Shown piece by piece: positions 35,408 to 46,496 of a stretch of 64,000 nt of DNA. The notes below the pieces were generated by a model. It made no database searches. It was not told where the DNA came from and saw only the letters and a program-made list of their open reading frames with translations. Where the stretch lies: positions 34,383 to 98,382 of the forward strand of contig JAHEBU010000012.1 of NCBI GenBank assembly GCA_024642115.1, in the 5' to 3' direction. Every line of letters starts with the position of its first letter. Within the stretch, counting starts at the first letter, position 1. The translations under genes and the position numbers were made by a program. The stretch is from Marivivens sp. (GTDB taxonomy: Bacteria; Pseudomonadota; Alphaproteobacteria; Rhodobacterales; Rhodobacteraceae).

Positions 35408-35584
35408 GGGTGTCCTTCGGCGCGGGGCTTTGCCTCGTCTAGTCGCAAAGGGGGGGCGGGGCAAGTTTTGCCAGATGGATTTGACCCGCGGGGTGGCCAT
35501 CGGGATTTGTCGTTCCGGCGGTCATTGACGCGGCCGGACGGGGCGCTAGGGTCGCCCGGACACTTCATTTTCAGGTCCTGTCTC

Positions 35585-36766
35585 ATGCCCCTAGCCAACG
35601 GTCGCCCCTACCTTGCCATTCCCGGTCCATCGGTGATTCCGGACCGAGTGTTGCGGGCCATGCACCGCGCCTCGCCCAATATCTATACGGGCGAGTTGCA
35701 CGACCTGACCCGGTCGCTGATTCCCGATCTGAAGGCCGTGGCCCGGACCGATCACAATGCCGCCATCTATATCGGCAATGGTCATGCGGCGTGGGAGGCG
35801 GCGCTCGCCAACGTCTTGTCGCCCGGCGACACAGTGCTGGTGCTGGCGACGGGCCGGTTCTGCATCGGCTGGTCCGAGATGGCCAAGGGATTGAAGGCCC
35901 AGGTGCAGATCATCGACTATGGCCAGCAATCCGCCGTTGACCTTGCCCGCGTTGAACAGGCGCTGCAATCGGACACGGATCGCCGGATCAAGGCTGTGCT
36001 GATGGTCCATGTCGATACCTCGACCAGCGTGCGCAACGACGTGCCGGGTGTGCGAGGGGTCATTGATGCTGTCGGCCATCCCGCATTGCTGCTGGTGGAT
36101 TGCATCGCATCCTTGGCCTGTGACCGGTTCGAGATGGACGCCTGGGGTGCCGATGTGATGGTCGCCGCCTGCCAGAAGGGGCTGATGACGCCGCCCGGTC
36201 TGGGGTTCGTGTTTTTCAACGACAAAGCGGCGGGCGTGCGCGAGGACGCGCGGTGCGTGACGACCTACTGGGATTGGAAACCTCGGGTAAACCCAGAAGG
36301 ATACTGGCAATATTTCGATGGCACGGCCCCCACCCATCATCTGTATGGCCTGCGCGAGGCGCTTGACATGATCGCCGAAGAAGGGATGGACCACATCTGG
36401 ACACGGCACGAAACACTGGCGCGCACGATCTGGGCCGCCTTTGACGCCTGGTCGGTTACAGGGCCGATGAAGCTGAACATCGCAGATCCAGCCCTGCGGT
36501 CCTGGGCTGTCACGTCGGTCGAGGCGGGGCCGGGCAATGGCGATGCGTTGCGGGCATGGTGCGAAACCGTGACGGGCGTCACGCTGGGCATCGGGCTGGG
36601 GCGCGAACCGGCCGACGGGTTCTACCGGATCGGCCATATGGGTCATGTGAACGCCCATATGGTTCTAGGCGTTCTGGCGTCGATTGACGCAGGCCTCAAG
36701 GCGCTGAAGATCCCTCATGGGTCGGGCGCGCTCGAGGCCGCGGCACGGTTGGTGGCCGCCGGGTGA
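35585..36766 (+). CDS. Class V PLP-dependent aminotransferase (serine/alanine-glyoxylate type)
   Basis: The internal ATG at 35585 is used because the upstream 195 codons are antisense to the ABC gene. IPGPS N-terminus and CQKGLMTPPGLG (PLP lysine). Confidence 0.85.
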   Translation: MPLANGRPYLAIPGPSVIPDRVLRAMHRASPNIYTGELHDLTRSLIPDLKAVARTDHNAAIYIGNGHAAWEAALANVLSPGDTVLVLATGRFCIGWSEMAKGLKAQVQIIDYGQQSAVDLARVEQALQSDTDRRIKAVLMVHVDTSTSVRNDVPGVRGVIDAVGHPALLLVDCIASLACDRFEMDAWGADVMVAACQKGLMTPPGLGFVFFNDKAAGVREDARCVTTYWDWKPRVNPEGYWQYFDGTAPTHHLYGLREALDMIAEEGMDHIWTRHETLARTIWAAFDAWSVTGPMKLNIADPALRSWAVTSVEAGPGNGDALRAWCETVTGVTLGIGLGREPADGFYRIGHMGHVNAHMVLGVLASIDAGLKALKIPHGSGALEAAARLVAAG

Positions 36767-36785
36767 GGTGGGTTAAAACCCACCT
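36766..36785. repeat. Palindromic repeat copy (AGGTGGGTT-AA-AACCCACCT)
   Basis: 9+9 perfect inverted repeat that begins at the last base of the aminotransferase TGA. Confidence 0.7.
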
Positions 36786-36796
36786 GACCCCGGGTC

Positions 36797-37108
36797 TTAC
36801 TGAGGGTGCGCCTCGAGCCAGGCTTTCATGAAGGCGATTTCCGTTTCCTGGGCCGCAACGATATCTTCGGCCAGTTTGCGCAGTTCGGGATCGGTCCCGT
36901 ATTGCAGGACAACCTTGGCCATCGCCACCGCCCCCTCATGGTGCGGAATCATGCCCGTCACAAAATCGCGGTCTGCGTCGCCGGTGTAAGGCGTCATCAT
37001 GCCGGTCATCATCTCGGACATGGCGGCCTTGTAGGCGTCGGTCGAGGCGTCATCGGCAAGGGCGAGGGTCGGGGCAAGAATGGCGGCGGCGAGAGCGATG
37101 CGGATCAT
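36797..37108 (-). CDS. DUF305-family periplasmic protein
   Basis: Signal peptide [18 protein letters not shown], an MIPHHEGAV motif and an AGGAG RBS. 103 aa. Confidence 0.8.
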   Translation of the reverse strand: MIRIALAAAILAPTLALADDASTDAYKAAMSEMMTGMMTPYTGDADRDFVTGMIPHHEGAVAMAKVVLQYGTDPELRKLAEDIVAAQETEIAFMKAWLEAHPQ

Positions 37109-37178
37109 TGGGATACTCCTGTGTGATTTGCAAATACCCTGCCGTCCTTCCCGTGCTGGAAGGCAAGTCACTAAACTG

Positions 37179-38288
37179 TCAGGACCGCGCTGATGCCAGC
37201 GCCTGTGGCAGGGCGGCGGCAAAGGCGGCCATGTCTTGGGCCGTGCCGCAGCTGACGCGGATGCATCGGTTCTGCGGGGCGACAAAGGGCATGCGCACAA
37301 AGATGCCAAGGCTGATGAGCGCGTCCCTAACCCGGGCCGCGAAGGCCCCATCCCGACCACAGTCAATGGCCACGAAGTTGGTCGATGACGGAACGCTGGT
37401 CAGCCCATTTTCAGCAGCGATTCGTGCGATCTGGTCGCGCGAGTGGCCGACCATGTCGCGCACGTCGGTTAGCCAGTCCTGATCGGCCAGTGCCGCCAGC
37501 GCCCCGGCCTGCCCGACCCGGTTCATCCCGAAGTGATTGCGCACCTTGTTGAAAGCGTCGATCAGCGAGGCGGCTCCGATGGCATAGCCGACGCGGGCGC
37601 CGGCCAGCCCGTGCGCCTTGGAAAAGGTGCGCATCCGGATGACCCTGGGATCCGCAGGATCGGTCGCCACCGAACGGCCCGGCGGGGCGAGGTCGATATA
37701 GGCCTCGTCCAGGATCAACAGGCAGCCGGGAGGGACGTGGTCGATCATGTCGGTGATCGTCCGGGCATCGTGGAATGTGCCCATTGGATTGTCGGGATTG
37801 GCCAGATAGATCAGCTTTGCACCGACCTCGGCCGCCTTGGCGGTCAGCCGGGCCGGATCCTCGAAATCGCCGGTGTAGGGGATCTGGTGCAAGGTGCCGC
37901 CAAATCCTGCCACATGATAGTTGAACGTAGGATACGCCCCCGCCGAAGTGACGACGGCGTCGCCCGGACCAACAAACAGCCGCACAAGCAACCCCAGCAG
38001 CCCGTCGATCCCTTCGCCCACCATGATGTGCGCGGCGGGGATGCCGTGGTGGGCGGCCAGTGCCTGTCGCAGGTCGTGGCTTTCTGGATCGCCGTATTTC
38101 CACGAGTGCGCGGCCTCGGCCTGCATGGCGGCGATGGCGCGGGGCGAGGGGCCAAAGACGGATTCGTTGGCCCCCAGTCGCGCCTTGAACGGACGGCCCA
38201 ATGCCCGCTCTTGCGCCTCGGGCCCGACAAAGGGGACGGTTGAGGGCAGCGAGGCGGCCAGCGGGGTCAGGCGGGGATCATTGGTCAT
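37179..38288 (-). CDS. hisC: Histidinol-phosphate-type (class I/II) aminotransferase
   Basis: [11 protein letters not shown] and [14 protein letters not shown] (PLP lysine). The internal ATG at 38288 was chosen. Whether it is the true hisC or a paralog is not decidable here. Confidence 0.75.
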   Translation of the reverse strand: MTNDPRLTPLAASLPSTVPFVGPEAQERALGRPFKARLGANESVFGPSPRAIAAMQAEAAHSWKYGDPESHDLRQALAAHHGIPAAHIMVGEGIDGLLGLLVRLFVGPGDAVVTSAGAYPTFNYHVAGFGGTLHQIPYTGDFEDPARLTAKAAEVGAKLIYLANPDNPMGTFHDARTITDMIDHVPPGCLLILDEAYIDLAPPGRSVATDPADPRVIRMRTFSKAHGLAGARVGYAIGAASLIDAFNKVRNHFGMNRVGQAGALAALADQDWLTDVRDMVGHSRDQIARIAAENGLTSVPSSTNFVAIDCGRDGAFAARVRDALISLGIFVRMPFVAPQNRCIRVSCGTAQDMAAFAAALPQALASARS

Positions 38289-38368
38289 GGGGGGAGATAA
38301 GCGCGATGTCTCCCCCTTTGGCAAGTGGGCGGCCGACCCCATGTTTGCGCTGAGCTGAGGAGGGTCTG

Positions 38369-38533
38369 ATGGCGAAACTGACACGACGCGGATTTCTGGG
38401 AACGGCGACGGCGGCGACGCTGGTGCGGGGGCTGCCTAATCTGGCCAAGGCCCCGGCAGGTCGGCGTATCCTGACGCTGGTCTATGACAAATCGCTGGGG
38501 ATGATGCGGGCGGTCGAGCGGATCGTGCCCTGA
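38369..38533 (+). CDS. Unlisted small ORF: 54-aa protein consisting almost only of a twin-arginine (Tat) signal peptide
   Basis: Hand translation gives MAKLTRRGFLGTATAATLVRGLPNLAKAPAGRRILTLVYDKSLGMMRAVERIVP. GAGGAGGG lies 4-5 nt upstream of the ATG. It is below the ORF-track cut-off. Confidence 0.4.
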   Translation: MAKLTRRGFLGTATAATLVRGLPNLAKAPAGRRILTLVYDKSLGMMRAVERIVP

Positions 38534-38534
38534 T

Positions 38535-38562
38535 GGGCCGGGCCTGGAGATTGCCCCGGCCC
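38535..38562. terminator. Hairpin shared by the convergent small ORF and valS
   Basis: GGGCCGGG (38535-38542) pairs with CCCGGCCC (38555-38562). There is no T-run, so terminator function is uncertain. Confidence 0.3.
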
Positions 38563-38572
38563 GACTGGAGGA

Positions 38573-41500
38573 TCAGCCGATTTCGGCCAGACGGGCCAAA
38601 GCGGCCTTGATCTGCGCCTCTTCCTCTTCGCGCAGGGCGAGGTTTGCTTGCGCCTCGGCCACGACCTCGGTCGGGGCGGATTCGGCGAATTTGGGGTTGT
38701 TGAGGCGGCCGCGCAGGCCGCCCAGTTCCTTGCCCAGTTTTTCCAATCCCTTGGCCAGACGAGCCTTTTCGGCGTCGATGTCGATGATGTCGGCCAGCGG
38801 CAGGCAGAACGTGGCCCCGGCTGTGGGGATGGTGATGGCCCCTTTGGGTGCGGTTGCGGCCTCGGTGATGCTGTCGATCCGGGCCAGACGTTCGATCAGC
38901 GCGCGGTTGTTGGACAGCGCCGCCTTGGCTGCGGCGTCTGCGTCAAGCTGAACCACCGGCACCTTGAGTCCCACCGGCACGTTGACCTGAGCACGGGCCG
39001 ACCGGATGCCTTCGATCATGGAAATCGCCCAGTTCATTTCGGCCATCGCCGCGTCGTCCACGATTTCCGCCCCATAGGTGGGCCAGTCGGCGTGGACGAG
39101 CATTTTCTGCCGGTCGCCTAGAACGCCCCACAACTCTTCGGTGATGAAGGGCATGATGGGATGCAGCAGGATCAGGCATTGGTCGATGACCCAGGCCATC
39201 GTTGCCTGCGTTTCGGCCTTGGTCGCGTCGTCACCGTCCAGCAGCAGGGGTTTGGAGAATTCGACATACCAGTCGCAGACCTTGCCCCAGACGAAGGCAT
39301 AAAGCGCGTTGGCCGCGTCGTTGAAGCGGTAGGCGTCAAGGGCTGCGTCGACCTCGATCCGGACCTTGGCTGTTTCGCCGATGATCCATTTGTTGACCGT
39401 GGCGGTGGCGGTGGGGACCTGACCGTCGCTGTGCGTGGCCCCGTTCATTTCGGCAAAGCGGGCGGCGTTCCAGAGTTTGGTGCCGAAGTTGCGGTAGCCC
39501 TTGATCCGGTCCTCGGACAGTTTCAGGACGCCGCCCAGCGCCGCCATCTGCGCAAAAGTAAAGCGCAGGGCGTCGGCGCCGTACTGGTCGATCATCACCA
39601 GCGGGTCGATGACATTGCCCCGCGTCTTGGACATCTTCTCGCCCTTCTCGTCCCGCAAAAGCTGGTGGAGATAAACCGTGTGGAAGGGGACCTGATCCAC
39701 CACGGCCAACTGCATCATCATCATCCGGGCGACCCAGAAGAACAGGATGTCCTGCCCGGTGATCAGGACGTCGGTGGGGAAGTATTTTTTCAGTTCCGGA
39801 GTCTGTTCGGGCCAGCCGAGGGTGCCGATCGGCCAGAGACCGGAAGAGAACCAGGTGTCGAGGACGTCAGGGTCGCGCCAGACGGGATAGATCAGGTGGG
39901 TCGGGTCCTGATCGACCTCGTAGCGGGCGAGGGCTGTGGCGAAGGCATCGGTCGCGGCTGCCTTGTCGGCCACTTCAACGACGCGGCAGGCATGCAGCGG
40001 GGTTGGCAGGCTGGACAGGTCGCGCTGGAATTTGGCGATGACGCTTTCGAAATCGCTGGCGCAATGATCGACGGGATCGCGGTTTTCAAATGCGCCCTTC
40101 AGCAGGAGGCCCAGCATTTCAACCTCGTCCAGATTGCCGTCGCCTTCGTCATCGGCGAAATCGGTTTGCGAGACGCCAAGGCCGTACCAGACCGGAATCT
40201 GGTGCCCCCACCAAAGCTGGCGCGAGATGCACCAGGGTTCGATATTTTCGAGCCAGTGGTAATAGGTCTTTTCGCCGGATTCCGGGATGATTTTCGTCCG
40301 GCCATCGCGGACGGCGTCCAGCGCGGGGCCGACGATTTTCGCCGTGTCCACGAACCATTGGTCGGTCAGCATGGGTTCGATGACCACCTTGGAGCGGTCG
40401 CCAAAGGGCTGCATGATCGGCTTGTCCTCGACATAGGGGACGCGTTCGAGATGTTCGGAATTGGTTTCCGGGTCGATGGATTTGACCAGTTTGGTGACGG
40501 CTAGCCCTTCGGCGGTGATGGCCGCGACCACAAGCTTGCGGGCCTCGAACCGATCCAGCCCGCGGTATTCGTCGGGGACGAGGTTGATGGCGTCGATCTC
40601 GGCCTCGGCAAAGGTGGCGCCGGTGGCGAAAGTCTGCGCCTTGGCGGCCTCTTGGGCGTAGGGGGCGCCGTCGGCCCGCAGCGCGCCGCGGGTGTCCATG
40701 AGGCGGTAGCAGGGGATGTCATTCCGCTTGGCCACGGCGTAATCGTTGAAGTCATGCGCCCCGGTGATCTTGACCGCGCCCGACCCGAAAGTGGGGTCGG
40801 GGTATTCGTCCGTGATGATCGGGATCAGGCGGCGGTGTTCCTTGGGCCCGACCGGGATTTCGCAAAGTTTTCCGATGATTGGCGCGTACCGTTCATCCGA
40901 TGGATGAACTGCGACAGCCCCGTCGCCCAGCATGGTTTCGGGGCGCGTCGTGGCGATGGAAATATAGTTGCGCGTCTCGCGCAGGGTGACGTTTCCGTCC
41001 TCGTCCTTTTCCACATACTCATAGGTGGCACCACCCGCGAGCGGGTATTTGAAGTGCCACATGTGACCAGCGACTTCGGTATTTTCGACCTCGAGATCGG
41101 AAATGGCGGTTTCAAAATGGGGGTCCCAGTTGACCAGACGTTTGCCGCGATAGATCAACCCCTTGTCGTACATATCGACAAAGACCTTGATGACGGCGTC
41201 GTGGAAAGTGCCGTCCATCGTGAAGGCCTCGCGGCTCCAGTCCATTGACGCGCCAAGGCGGTTGTCCTGGTCGCGGATGGTGCCGCCGCTGACGGCCTTC
41301 CAGTCCCAGATCTTTTTGATGAACGCCGCGCGCCCCATGTCGCGCCGGCTTTCATTTCCCGCCGCAGCCAGTTGTTTTTCCACGACAAGCTGCGTGGCGA
41401 TGCCCGCGTGATCCAGCCCCGGTTGCCACAGCGTGTCATAGCCCTGCATCCGTTTCCAGCGGGTCAGGATATCCATCAGCGTGTGGTTGAAGGCATGGCC

Positions 41501-41659
41501 GACGTGCAGGAACCCGGTCACGTTGGGGGGCGGCAGCATGATGCAGAACGTTTCGGGCCGGGACGCGTTCGCCCCCGCCTTGAAACAGCCCGCCTTGTCC
41601 CAGGCGGCCGACAGCCGCGCCTCGGCCTCGGCCGGATCGAACGTCTTTTCCAGTGCCAT
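38573..41659 (-). CDS. valS: Valine--tRNA ligase
   Basis: Class I signatures [12 protein letters not shown] and KMSKTRGN, a CP1 editing domain and a C-terminal coiled coil. Start taken at MALEKTF. Confidence 0.95.
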   Translation of the reverse strand: MALEKTFDPAEAEARLSAAWDKAGCFKAGANASRPETFCIMLPPPNVTGFLHVGHAFNHTLMDILTRWKRMQGYDTLWQPGLDHAGIATQLVVEKQLAAAGNESRRDMGRAAFIKKIWDWKAVSGGTIRDQDNRLGASMDWSREAFTMDGTFHDAVIKVFVDMYDKGLIYRGKRLVNWDPHFETAISDLEVENTEVAGHMWHFKYPLAGGATYEYVEKDEDGNVTLRETRNYISIATTRPETMLGDGAVAVHPSDERYAPIIGKLCEIPVGPKEHRRLIPIITDEYPDPTFGSGAVKITGAHDFNDYAVAKRNDIPCYRLMDTRGALRADGAPYAQEAAKAQTFATGATFAEAEIDAINLVPDEYRGLDRFEARKLVVAAITAEGLAVTKLVKSIDPETNSEHLERVPYVEDKPIMQPFGDRSKVVIEPMLTDQWFVDTAKIVGPALDAVRDGRTKIIPESGEKTYYHWLENIEPWCISRQLWWGHQIPVWYGLGVSQTDFADDEGDGNLDEVEMLGLLLKGAFENRDPVDHCASDFESVIAKFQRDLSSLPTPLHACRVVEVADKAAATDAFATALARYEVDQDPTHLIYPVWRDPDVLDTWFSSGLWPIGTLGWPEQTPELKKYFPTDVLITGQDILFFWVARMMMMQLAVVDQVPFHTVYLHQLLRDEKGEKMSKTRGNVIDPLVMIDQYGADALRFTFAQMAALGGVLKLSEDRIKGYRNFGTKLWNAARFAEMNGATHSDGQVPTATATVNKWIIGETAKVRIEVDAALDAYRFNDAANALYAFVWGKVCDWYVEFSKPLLLDGDDATKAETQATMAWVIDQCLILLHPIMPFITEELWGVLGDRQKMLVHADWPTYGAEIVDDAAMAEMNWAISMIEGIRSARAQVNVPVGLKVPVVQLDADAAAKAALSNNRALIERLARIDSITEAATAPKGAITIPTAGATFCLPLADIIDIDAEKARLAKGLEKLGKELGGLRGRLNNPKFAESAPTEVVAEAQANLALREEEEAQIKAALARLAEIG

Positions 41660-41734
41660 GACAGCCCCCATTTTTCCTTGATTGCTGCGGTTTAGCTTGC
41701 GAGGCTGGGAAGGGAAAGCGGTAAGGGCGCGGGT

Positions 41735-42442
41735 ATGGCCTACAAAAAGCGGTCAAAATGGTCCGTGTTCTCGAGATCCGGAGGCTGGATCGGCGCGGTC
41801 ATTTTGGGTCTGGGACTGGTTTGTGCCGGGCCAGCCGTCAGCTATCTTGGATTTGAATACCAGCTATCCCGACATGGCGTGACTGTCACAGGCACGGTTA
41901 CCGATCTGGCAGATCGACGGGCGCGCCGAAACAAACGCAATCATGTCGTGGTCTATGTGTTTCGGACGGCGGAGGGGGTGGATGTGACCGGACGACAGAG
42001 GGTCAGTGCCGCCACTTTGAATGACTTGGTCGAACAGCAACCGATTGCGGTGACCTATCTTCCGCAGGATCCGTCAAAAAGCGAGGTCAACAGGTTTCGA
42101 CCGACCCGAATCGGTCTGATCTGGCTCGCCACATTGGCCGGATTGGCAATTTTCGGAGTCCTTTGGCTGCGAAAGTATTGGCGGCAGGCCGAGGACGTGC
42201 TTGCCCTGCGCGAATTCGGTCAGGTTCGGCGGGCCAAAGTGACCGAACACAACCCGCTTAAGAATAAACATAATCGGACCAGATCCTGGACCGCCTTGTG
42301 GGTGGACGACGCTGGGACCAAGGGTGAGACGTTTGTGCATGGCGCCGCGACCTTGCCCGCTGTGGGAAATGCGATCACCATCTATGCCGATCCCAAGGGC
42401 GACGCGAAATCCGTGTGGGAGGGCGACGTCGGCACCCGCTAG
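41735..42442 (+). CDS. DUF3592-like membrane protein
   Basis: TM helix, beta-rich segment ([14 protein letters not shown]), TM helix, then a second soluble segment. Visibly lower GC than its neighbours. Confidence 0.5.
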   Translation: MAYKKRSKWSVFSRSGGWIGAVILGLGLVCAGPAVSYLGFEYQLSRHGVTVTGTVTDLADRRARRNKRNHVVVYVFRTAEGVDVTGRQRVSAATLNDLVEQQPIAVTYLPQDPSKSEVNRFRPTRIGLIWLATLAGLAIFGVLWLRKYWRQAEDVLALREFGQVRRAKVTEHNPLKNKHNRTRSWTALWVDDAGTKGETFVHGAATLPAVGNAITIYADPKGDAKSVWEGDVGTR

Positions 42443-42879
42443 ATCGCGCGGTCGATCCGGGTGCTGAGGTGGATCAGCGATTCCAGCGCCAGAACGCCTT
42501 CGATCTCTCCGATCCGGTCGAGCGTTTCATCCAGTTCCAGCGTCGAGGATGTGCGCAGCTGACAGGCCAGATCAAACCGACCGGACGTGGTGTGCACCGT
42601 TTCGACTGCGGCAAGTCGTTTGAGTTGGGCCAGAACGGCCGTCAAGGCCGCTGGCGTGATGTGGACCAGAACCGTCGCCCGGATCATCCCCCGCTGCGCG
42701 TCGGGTGACAGTTTGACAGTGTAGCCCGCGATGACGCCGGACCGTTCCAGCCGTTCCAGCCGTGCCTGCGCGGTGGTTCGCGCCAGCCCGATCCGCACCG
42801 CCAATTTGGCCACGGGCAGGCGGGCGTTGACCGCCAGTTCGGCAAGGATGGCGCGGTCGGTGCTGTCAAGATCGGTCAT
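42439..42879 (-). CDS. Lrp/AsnC-family transcriptional regulator
   Basis: LDSTDRAILAELAVNARLPVAKLAVRIGLARTTAQARLERLE wHTH plus a RAM domain. Divergent from the decarboxylase gene. Confidence 0.85.
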   Translation of the reverse strand: MTDLDSTDRAILAELAVNARLPVAKLAVRIGLARTTAQARLERLERSGVIAGYTVKLSPDAQRGMIRATVLVHITPAALTAVLAQLKRLAAVETVHTTSGRFDLACQLRTSSTLELDETLDRIGEIEGVLALESLIHLSTRIDRAI

Positions 42880-42992
42880 GATGTCCGATATATCGTCAAT
42901 CTGCCCATTCTGGGAGTCACATTTTGCAATTAGACAGGGCGGATTGACGAAACCTGACCTTACCTTTGGACAAAAGAATACGGAGGTCGGGC

Positions 42993-44129
42993 ATGTTTCA
43001 ATCTTCCATCGGGTTGCCGGATTTGGCGGCTATATTGCGGCAGGCGGGCGACGGACCGTTGCATCTGTTCGCCCCGTCGGTGTTGTCAGCCCGCGTGGCC
43101 GCCTTTCAGCGCGGTTTTCCGGGACAAGTGACCTTTGCCGTCAAGTCCAACCCTGATCATGAGGTGATTTCGGCCCTGTGGGCGGCGGGTATCGCCGGGT
43201 TCGATGTGGCCTCGCCAAAAGAGATCGCGCTGGTGCGCAGTCTGTGCCCGGGTGCTGAATTGCACTACAACAATCCGGTTCGCAGCCGGGCCGAGGTGGC
43301 TGCCGGGATCGCGGCCGGTGTGGTCAGTTGGTCGGTGGACGAGCCGGGCGAGTTGGACAAGTTGGCGGGCATCGCGCCTGAGTCCGAGATCGCGGTGCGG
43401 TTTCGGTTGCCTGTCGCGGGGGCCGCCTATGATTTCGGGTCGAAATTCGGGGCCGAGCCCGATCAAGCCGCCGCTTTGCTGGCGCGGGTCGCCGCGATGG
43501 GGATGCGTCCGGCGCTGACGTTTCATGTAGGCACCCAGTGCCGAGATCCAAAAGCGTGGATGACCTACATGGCCGAGGCCGCGCGAATTGCGGCGACCGC
43601 TGACGTGCGGATCCGGCGGCTGAATGTGGGCGGTGGATTTCCTTCCGCTCGCGATGGCCAGCCTGTTGATCTGAAACCCTATTTCGAAGCGTTTGCGACA
43701 GGAGTGCGGGCGTTTCCGGTCCCTCCGGTGCTGGTCTGCGAACCGGGTCGTGGGCTGGTTGCCGACGCGTATTCCTATGCCGTCCGGGTCAAATCGGTGC
43801 GCCCCGGCCGCGTTTACCTGACCGATGGCATATACGGGGGATTGTCCGAGATGCCGTCGATGGGGGTGCCGGTGTTTGATGTCCTGACACCAAACGGAGA
43901 TATCAGAACCGGGCCAAGGCAGCCGGTCACGGTTTTTGGCCCGACCTGCGACAGCCTCGACCGGTTGCCGGGTTTGGTCCAGCTCCCCGCGACCCTGGCC
44001 GAGGGGGACTGGATCGTTTTTCGATCCATGGGTGCCTATGTGACGGGCGTTTCAACTCATTTTAACGGCTACGGCGTGTGGCGGACCGAACAGGTCGCCG
44101 GCATCGACCTCAAAAACGGTCCTCGGTGA
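42993..44129 (+). CDS. Type III (alanine-racemase-fold) PLP-dependent decarboxylase, ornithine/lysine decarboxylase-like
   Basis: FAVKSNP (PLP lysine) and CEPGRGLVA motifs. The ATG at 42993 has GGAGG 6 nt upstream. Confidence 0.8.
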   Translation: MFQSSIGLPDLAAILRQAGDGPLHLFAPSVLSARVAAFQRGFPGQVTFAVKSNPDHEVISALWAAGIAGFDVASPKEIALVRSLCPGAELHYNNPVRSRAEVAAGIAAGVVSWSVDEPGELDKLAGIAPESEIAVRFRLPVAGAAYDFGSKFGAEPDQAAALLARVAAMGMRPALTFHVGTQCRDPKAWMTYMAEAARIAATADVRIRRLNVGGGFPSARDGQPVDLKPYFEAFATGVRAFPVPPVLVCEPGRGLVADAYSYAVRVKSVRPGRVYLTDGIYGGLSEMPSMGVPVFDVLTPNGDIRTGPRQPVTVFGPTCDSLDRLPGLVQLPATLAEGDWIVFRSMGAYVTGVSTHFNGYGVWRTEQVAGIDLKNGPR

Positions 44130-44198
44130 CGTCTGGCGCTGGACAGTGGCGGTTTGGCGGTTAGGTTCAGGCCCGAACCCCAGTTTAGGAGCAGCGCC

Positions 44199-46496
44199 AT
44201 GGAAAAATTCGGCAAGAGTCAGCCGGTTCGCCGGGTCGAGGATGTCCGGTTTCTGACAGGTCATGGTCGTTATGTTGACGACATCACGCCTGATGGCGCG
44301 CTGTTTGCCTATGTGCTGCGTTCACCGGTCGCCCACGGGACGATCACGTTGCTGGACGTGTCCGATGCGAGTGCGGCCCCTGGCGTGCATCTGGTCATGA
44401 CCGCCGCCGATCTGGCCAGGGCCGGGATCCGCCCACATATGAAGGCGTCGCTGGTGACCAACCTGGACGGGACCAAGGGGGCGGCCCCGCCGCGCCCGGT
44501 TCTGGCCGAGGACCGCGTTTGTTTCGTGGGCGAACCTGTTGCCCTGATCGTGGCCGAAACGATGGCGCAGGCCAAGGATGCCGCCGAGATGGTGGTTCTG
44601 GATATCGACGAACTCCCCGTCCACATTGACCCTGTCGTGGGTGGCCCGGTGATTCACCCCGAGGCGCCAGAGAACCTTGCCTTTGATTGGGGAATGGGAG
44701 ACCGCACGGCGGTCGAGGCTGCGCTCAAGAATGCCGCCCTTGTGATCGTGATCGACGTGCCCGACAACCGCATCATCGTCAATTCGATGGAGCCTCGCGG
44801 CTGCTACGCCGAAATGGTCGAGGGCCGTATTCATGTCGCCGTGAATGGGCAGGGCGTTTGGGGGCCAAAGAACGACATCGCCTACCACCTTGATATCCCC
44901 AAGGAAGATGTCCGCGTGACCAACCCTGATGTCGGCGGCGGATTTGGCATGAAGGGGATGGGATACCCCGAAACCATCGCTGTGGCTGCCGCTGCCCGTG
45001 TCCTGGGTTGCCCTGTGCGCTGGATGTCGGAACGGACCGAGGCGATGTTGTCAGACAATGCGGGCCGCGACTTGACGACCAAGGCCACGATGGCCTTTGA
45101 CGCCAACCATCGCCTGACCGCCTATATGGTCGAAAGCGTGGCCAACATGGGCGCGTTCAACTCGGGCTATGCCCAGCCGATCCAGACCGAATTGTTCGCC
45201 AAGGTCATGCCCGGAACCTATGACGTGCAGACGGTCTGGCTGGGTTGCAAGGGCGTCTACACCAATACGACTCCGGTCGATGCCTATCGCGGCGCGGGTC
45301 GCCCCGAGGCGATTTTCGTGCTGGAACGCGCCATGGACAACGCCGCCCGTGTGCTGGGTGTCGATCCGTGGGAGTTGCGCCGGATCAACTTTATTCGCCC
45401 CGATCAGTTTCCCTATACCTCGGCTACAGGGGTCACCTACGATGTGGGCGAATTTGCCAAGGTGCTGGACCGGGCCGCCGAAAAGGCCGATCTGGCGGGG
45501 TTTGCCGCCCGCGTCGATCACTCCCGCGCGAGGGGGATGCTGCGTGGCATGGGACTGAGTTACTATATCGAAAGTATTTTGGGCGACCCTTCCGAAACGA
45601 GCCGGGTCGATTTCAACGAGGATGGATCAGTGTCGATCTTTGTGGGAACGCAGTCGAACGGGCAGGGGCATGAAACGGTGTATGCCCAGTTTCTGGCCGA
45701 TCAGACAGGTATTCCCGCCGACCGGATCAAGGTGGTGCAGGGCGACAGCGACCTGATTGCCACCGGGGGTGGCACAGGCGGATCGCGGTCGGTCACGGTG
45801 CAGAACACCGCGACGCTGGCCACGGTTGATCGGATGGTGACCGCGTTCAGCAGCTTTCTGGCCGAAGATCAGGGCGTGGATGCTGCCGACATCGCGTTTG
45901 ACGATGAACGGTTCCGGGTTCCGGGGTCCAATCTGACGCCCACGTTCCTTGAGGTGGCCGAGATGGCTCGCAAGGCGGGTCGGACCGAATTGCTGACCCA
46001 CTCTGCCCGGATCAAGCTGGACAATCGCAGTTTTCCCAACGGCGCCCATGTGGCCGAGGTCGAGATTGATCCCGATACCGGCGTCGTCGTGGTAGAGCGG
46101 TACACCGTCGTGGATGATTTCGGCAACCTTATCAACCCGATGCTGGCCGAAGGGCAGGTGCATGGGGGCGTGGCCCAAGGATTGGGTCAGGCGATCACCG
46201 AGCGGGTCGTGTATGACGAGAACGGTCAGCTTTTGACCGCGACATTCATGGATTACGGGATGCCGCGGGCGGATACGCTGCCGATGATTTCGTTCACGTC
46301 TGAGCCGACGCCGAGCCTGTATAACCCGATGGGGATGAAGGGCTGTGGCGAGGCAGGAACGGTCGGTGCCTTGGCCGCTGTCACCAACGCGGTGATGGAC
46401 GCGGTCTGGCCGTTGGGCCTGCGCAATGTCGAAATGCCGTTCACGCCGCACAGGGTGTGGTCGATCCTGAACGAGGGTAACAGTGCCGCTGCGTGA
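44199..46496 (+). CDS. Molybdopterin-binding large subunit of the xanthine dehydrogenase/CoxL family (form-II-type AYRGAGR motif)
   Basis: The ATG at 44199 has AGGAG 7 nt upstream. VRRVEDVRFLTGHGRYVDD N-terminus and active-site loop VDAYRGAGRPEA. 765 aa. Confidence 0.85.
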   Translation: MEKFGKSQPVRRVEDVRFLTGHGRYVDDITPDGALFAYVLRSPVAHGTITLLDVSDASAAPGVHLVMTAADLARAGIRPHMKASLVTNLDGTKGAAPPRPVLAEDRVCFVGEPVALIVAETMAQAKDAAEMVVLDIDELPVHIDPVVGGPVIHPEAPENLAFDWGMGDRTAVEAALKNAALVIVIDVPDNRIIVNSMEPRGCYAEMVEGRIHVAVNGQGVWGPKNDIAYHLDIPKEDVRVTNPDVGGGFGMKGMGYPETIAVAAAARVLGCPVRWMSERTEAMLSDNAGRDLTTKATMAFDANHRLTAYMVESVANMGAFNSGYAQPIQTELFAKVMPGTYDVQTVWLGCKGVYTNTTPVDAYRGAGRPEAIFVLERAMDNAARVLGVDPWELRRINFIRPDQFPYTSATGVTYDVGEFAKVLDRAAEKADLAGFAARVDHSRARGMLRGMGLSYYIESILGDPSETSRVDFNEDGSVSIFVGTQSNGQGHETVYAQFLADQTGIPADRIKVVQGDSDLIATGGGTGGSRSVTVQNTATLATVDRMVTAFSSFLAEDQGVDAADIAFDDERFRVPGSNLTPTFLEVAEMARKAGRTELLTHSARIKLDNRSFPNGAHVAEVEIDPDTGVVVVERYTVVDDFGNLINPMLAEGQVHGGVAQGLGQAITERVVYDENGQLLTATFMDYGMPRADTLPMISFTSEPTPSLYNPMGMKGCGEAGTVGALAAVTNAVMDAVWPLGLRNVEMPFTPHRVWSILNEGNSAAA

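Noticed and set aside
35000-35584. 195-codon N-terminal extension of the aminotransferase ORF
   Set aside because: It overlaps the ABC exporter 5' end in antisense. The conserved aminotransferase N-terminus starts at the ATG at 35585.
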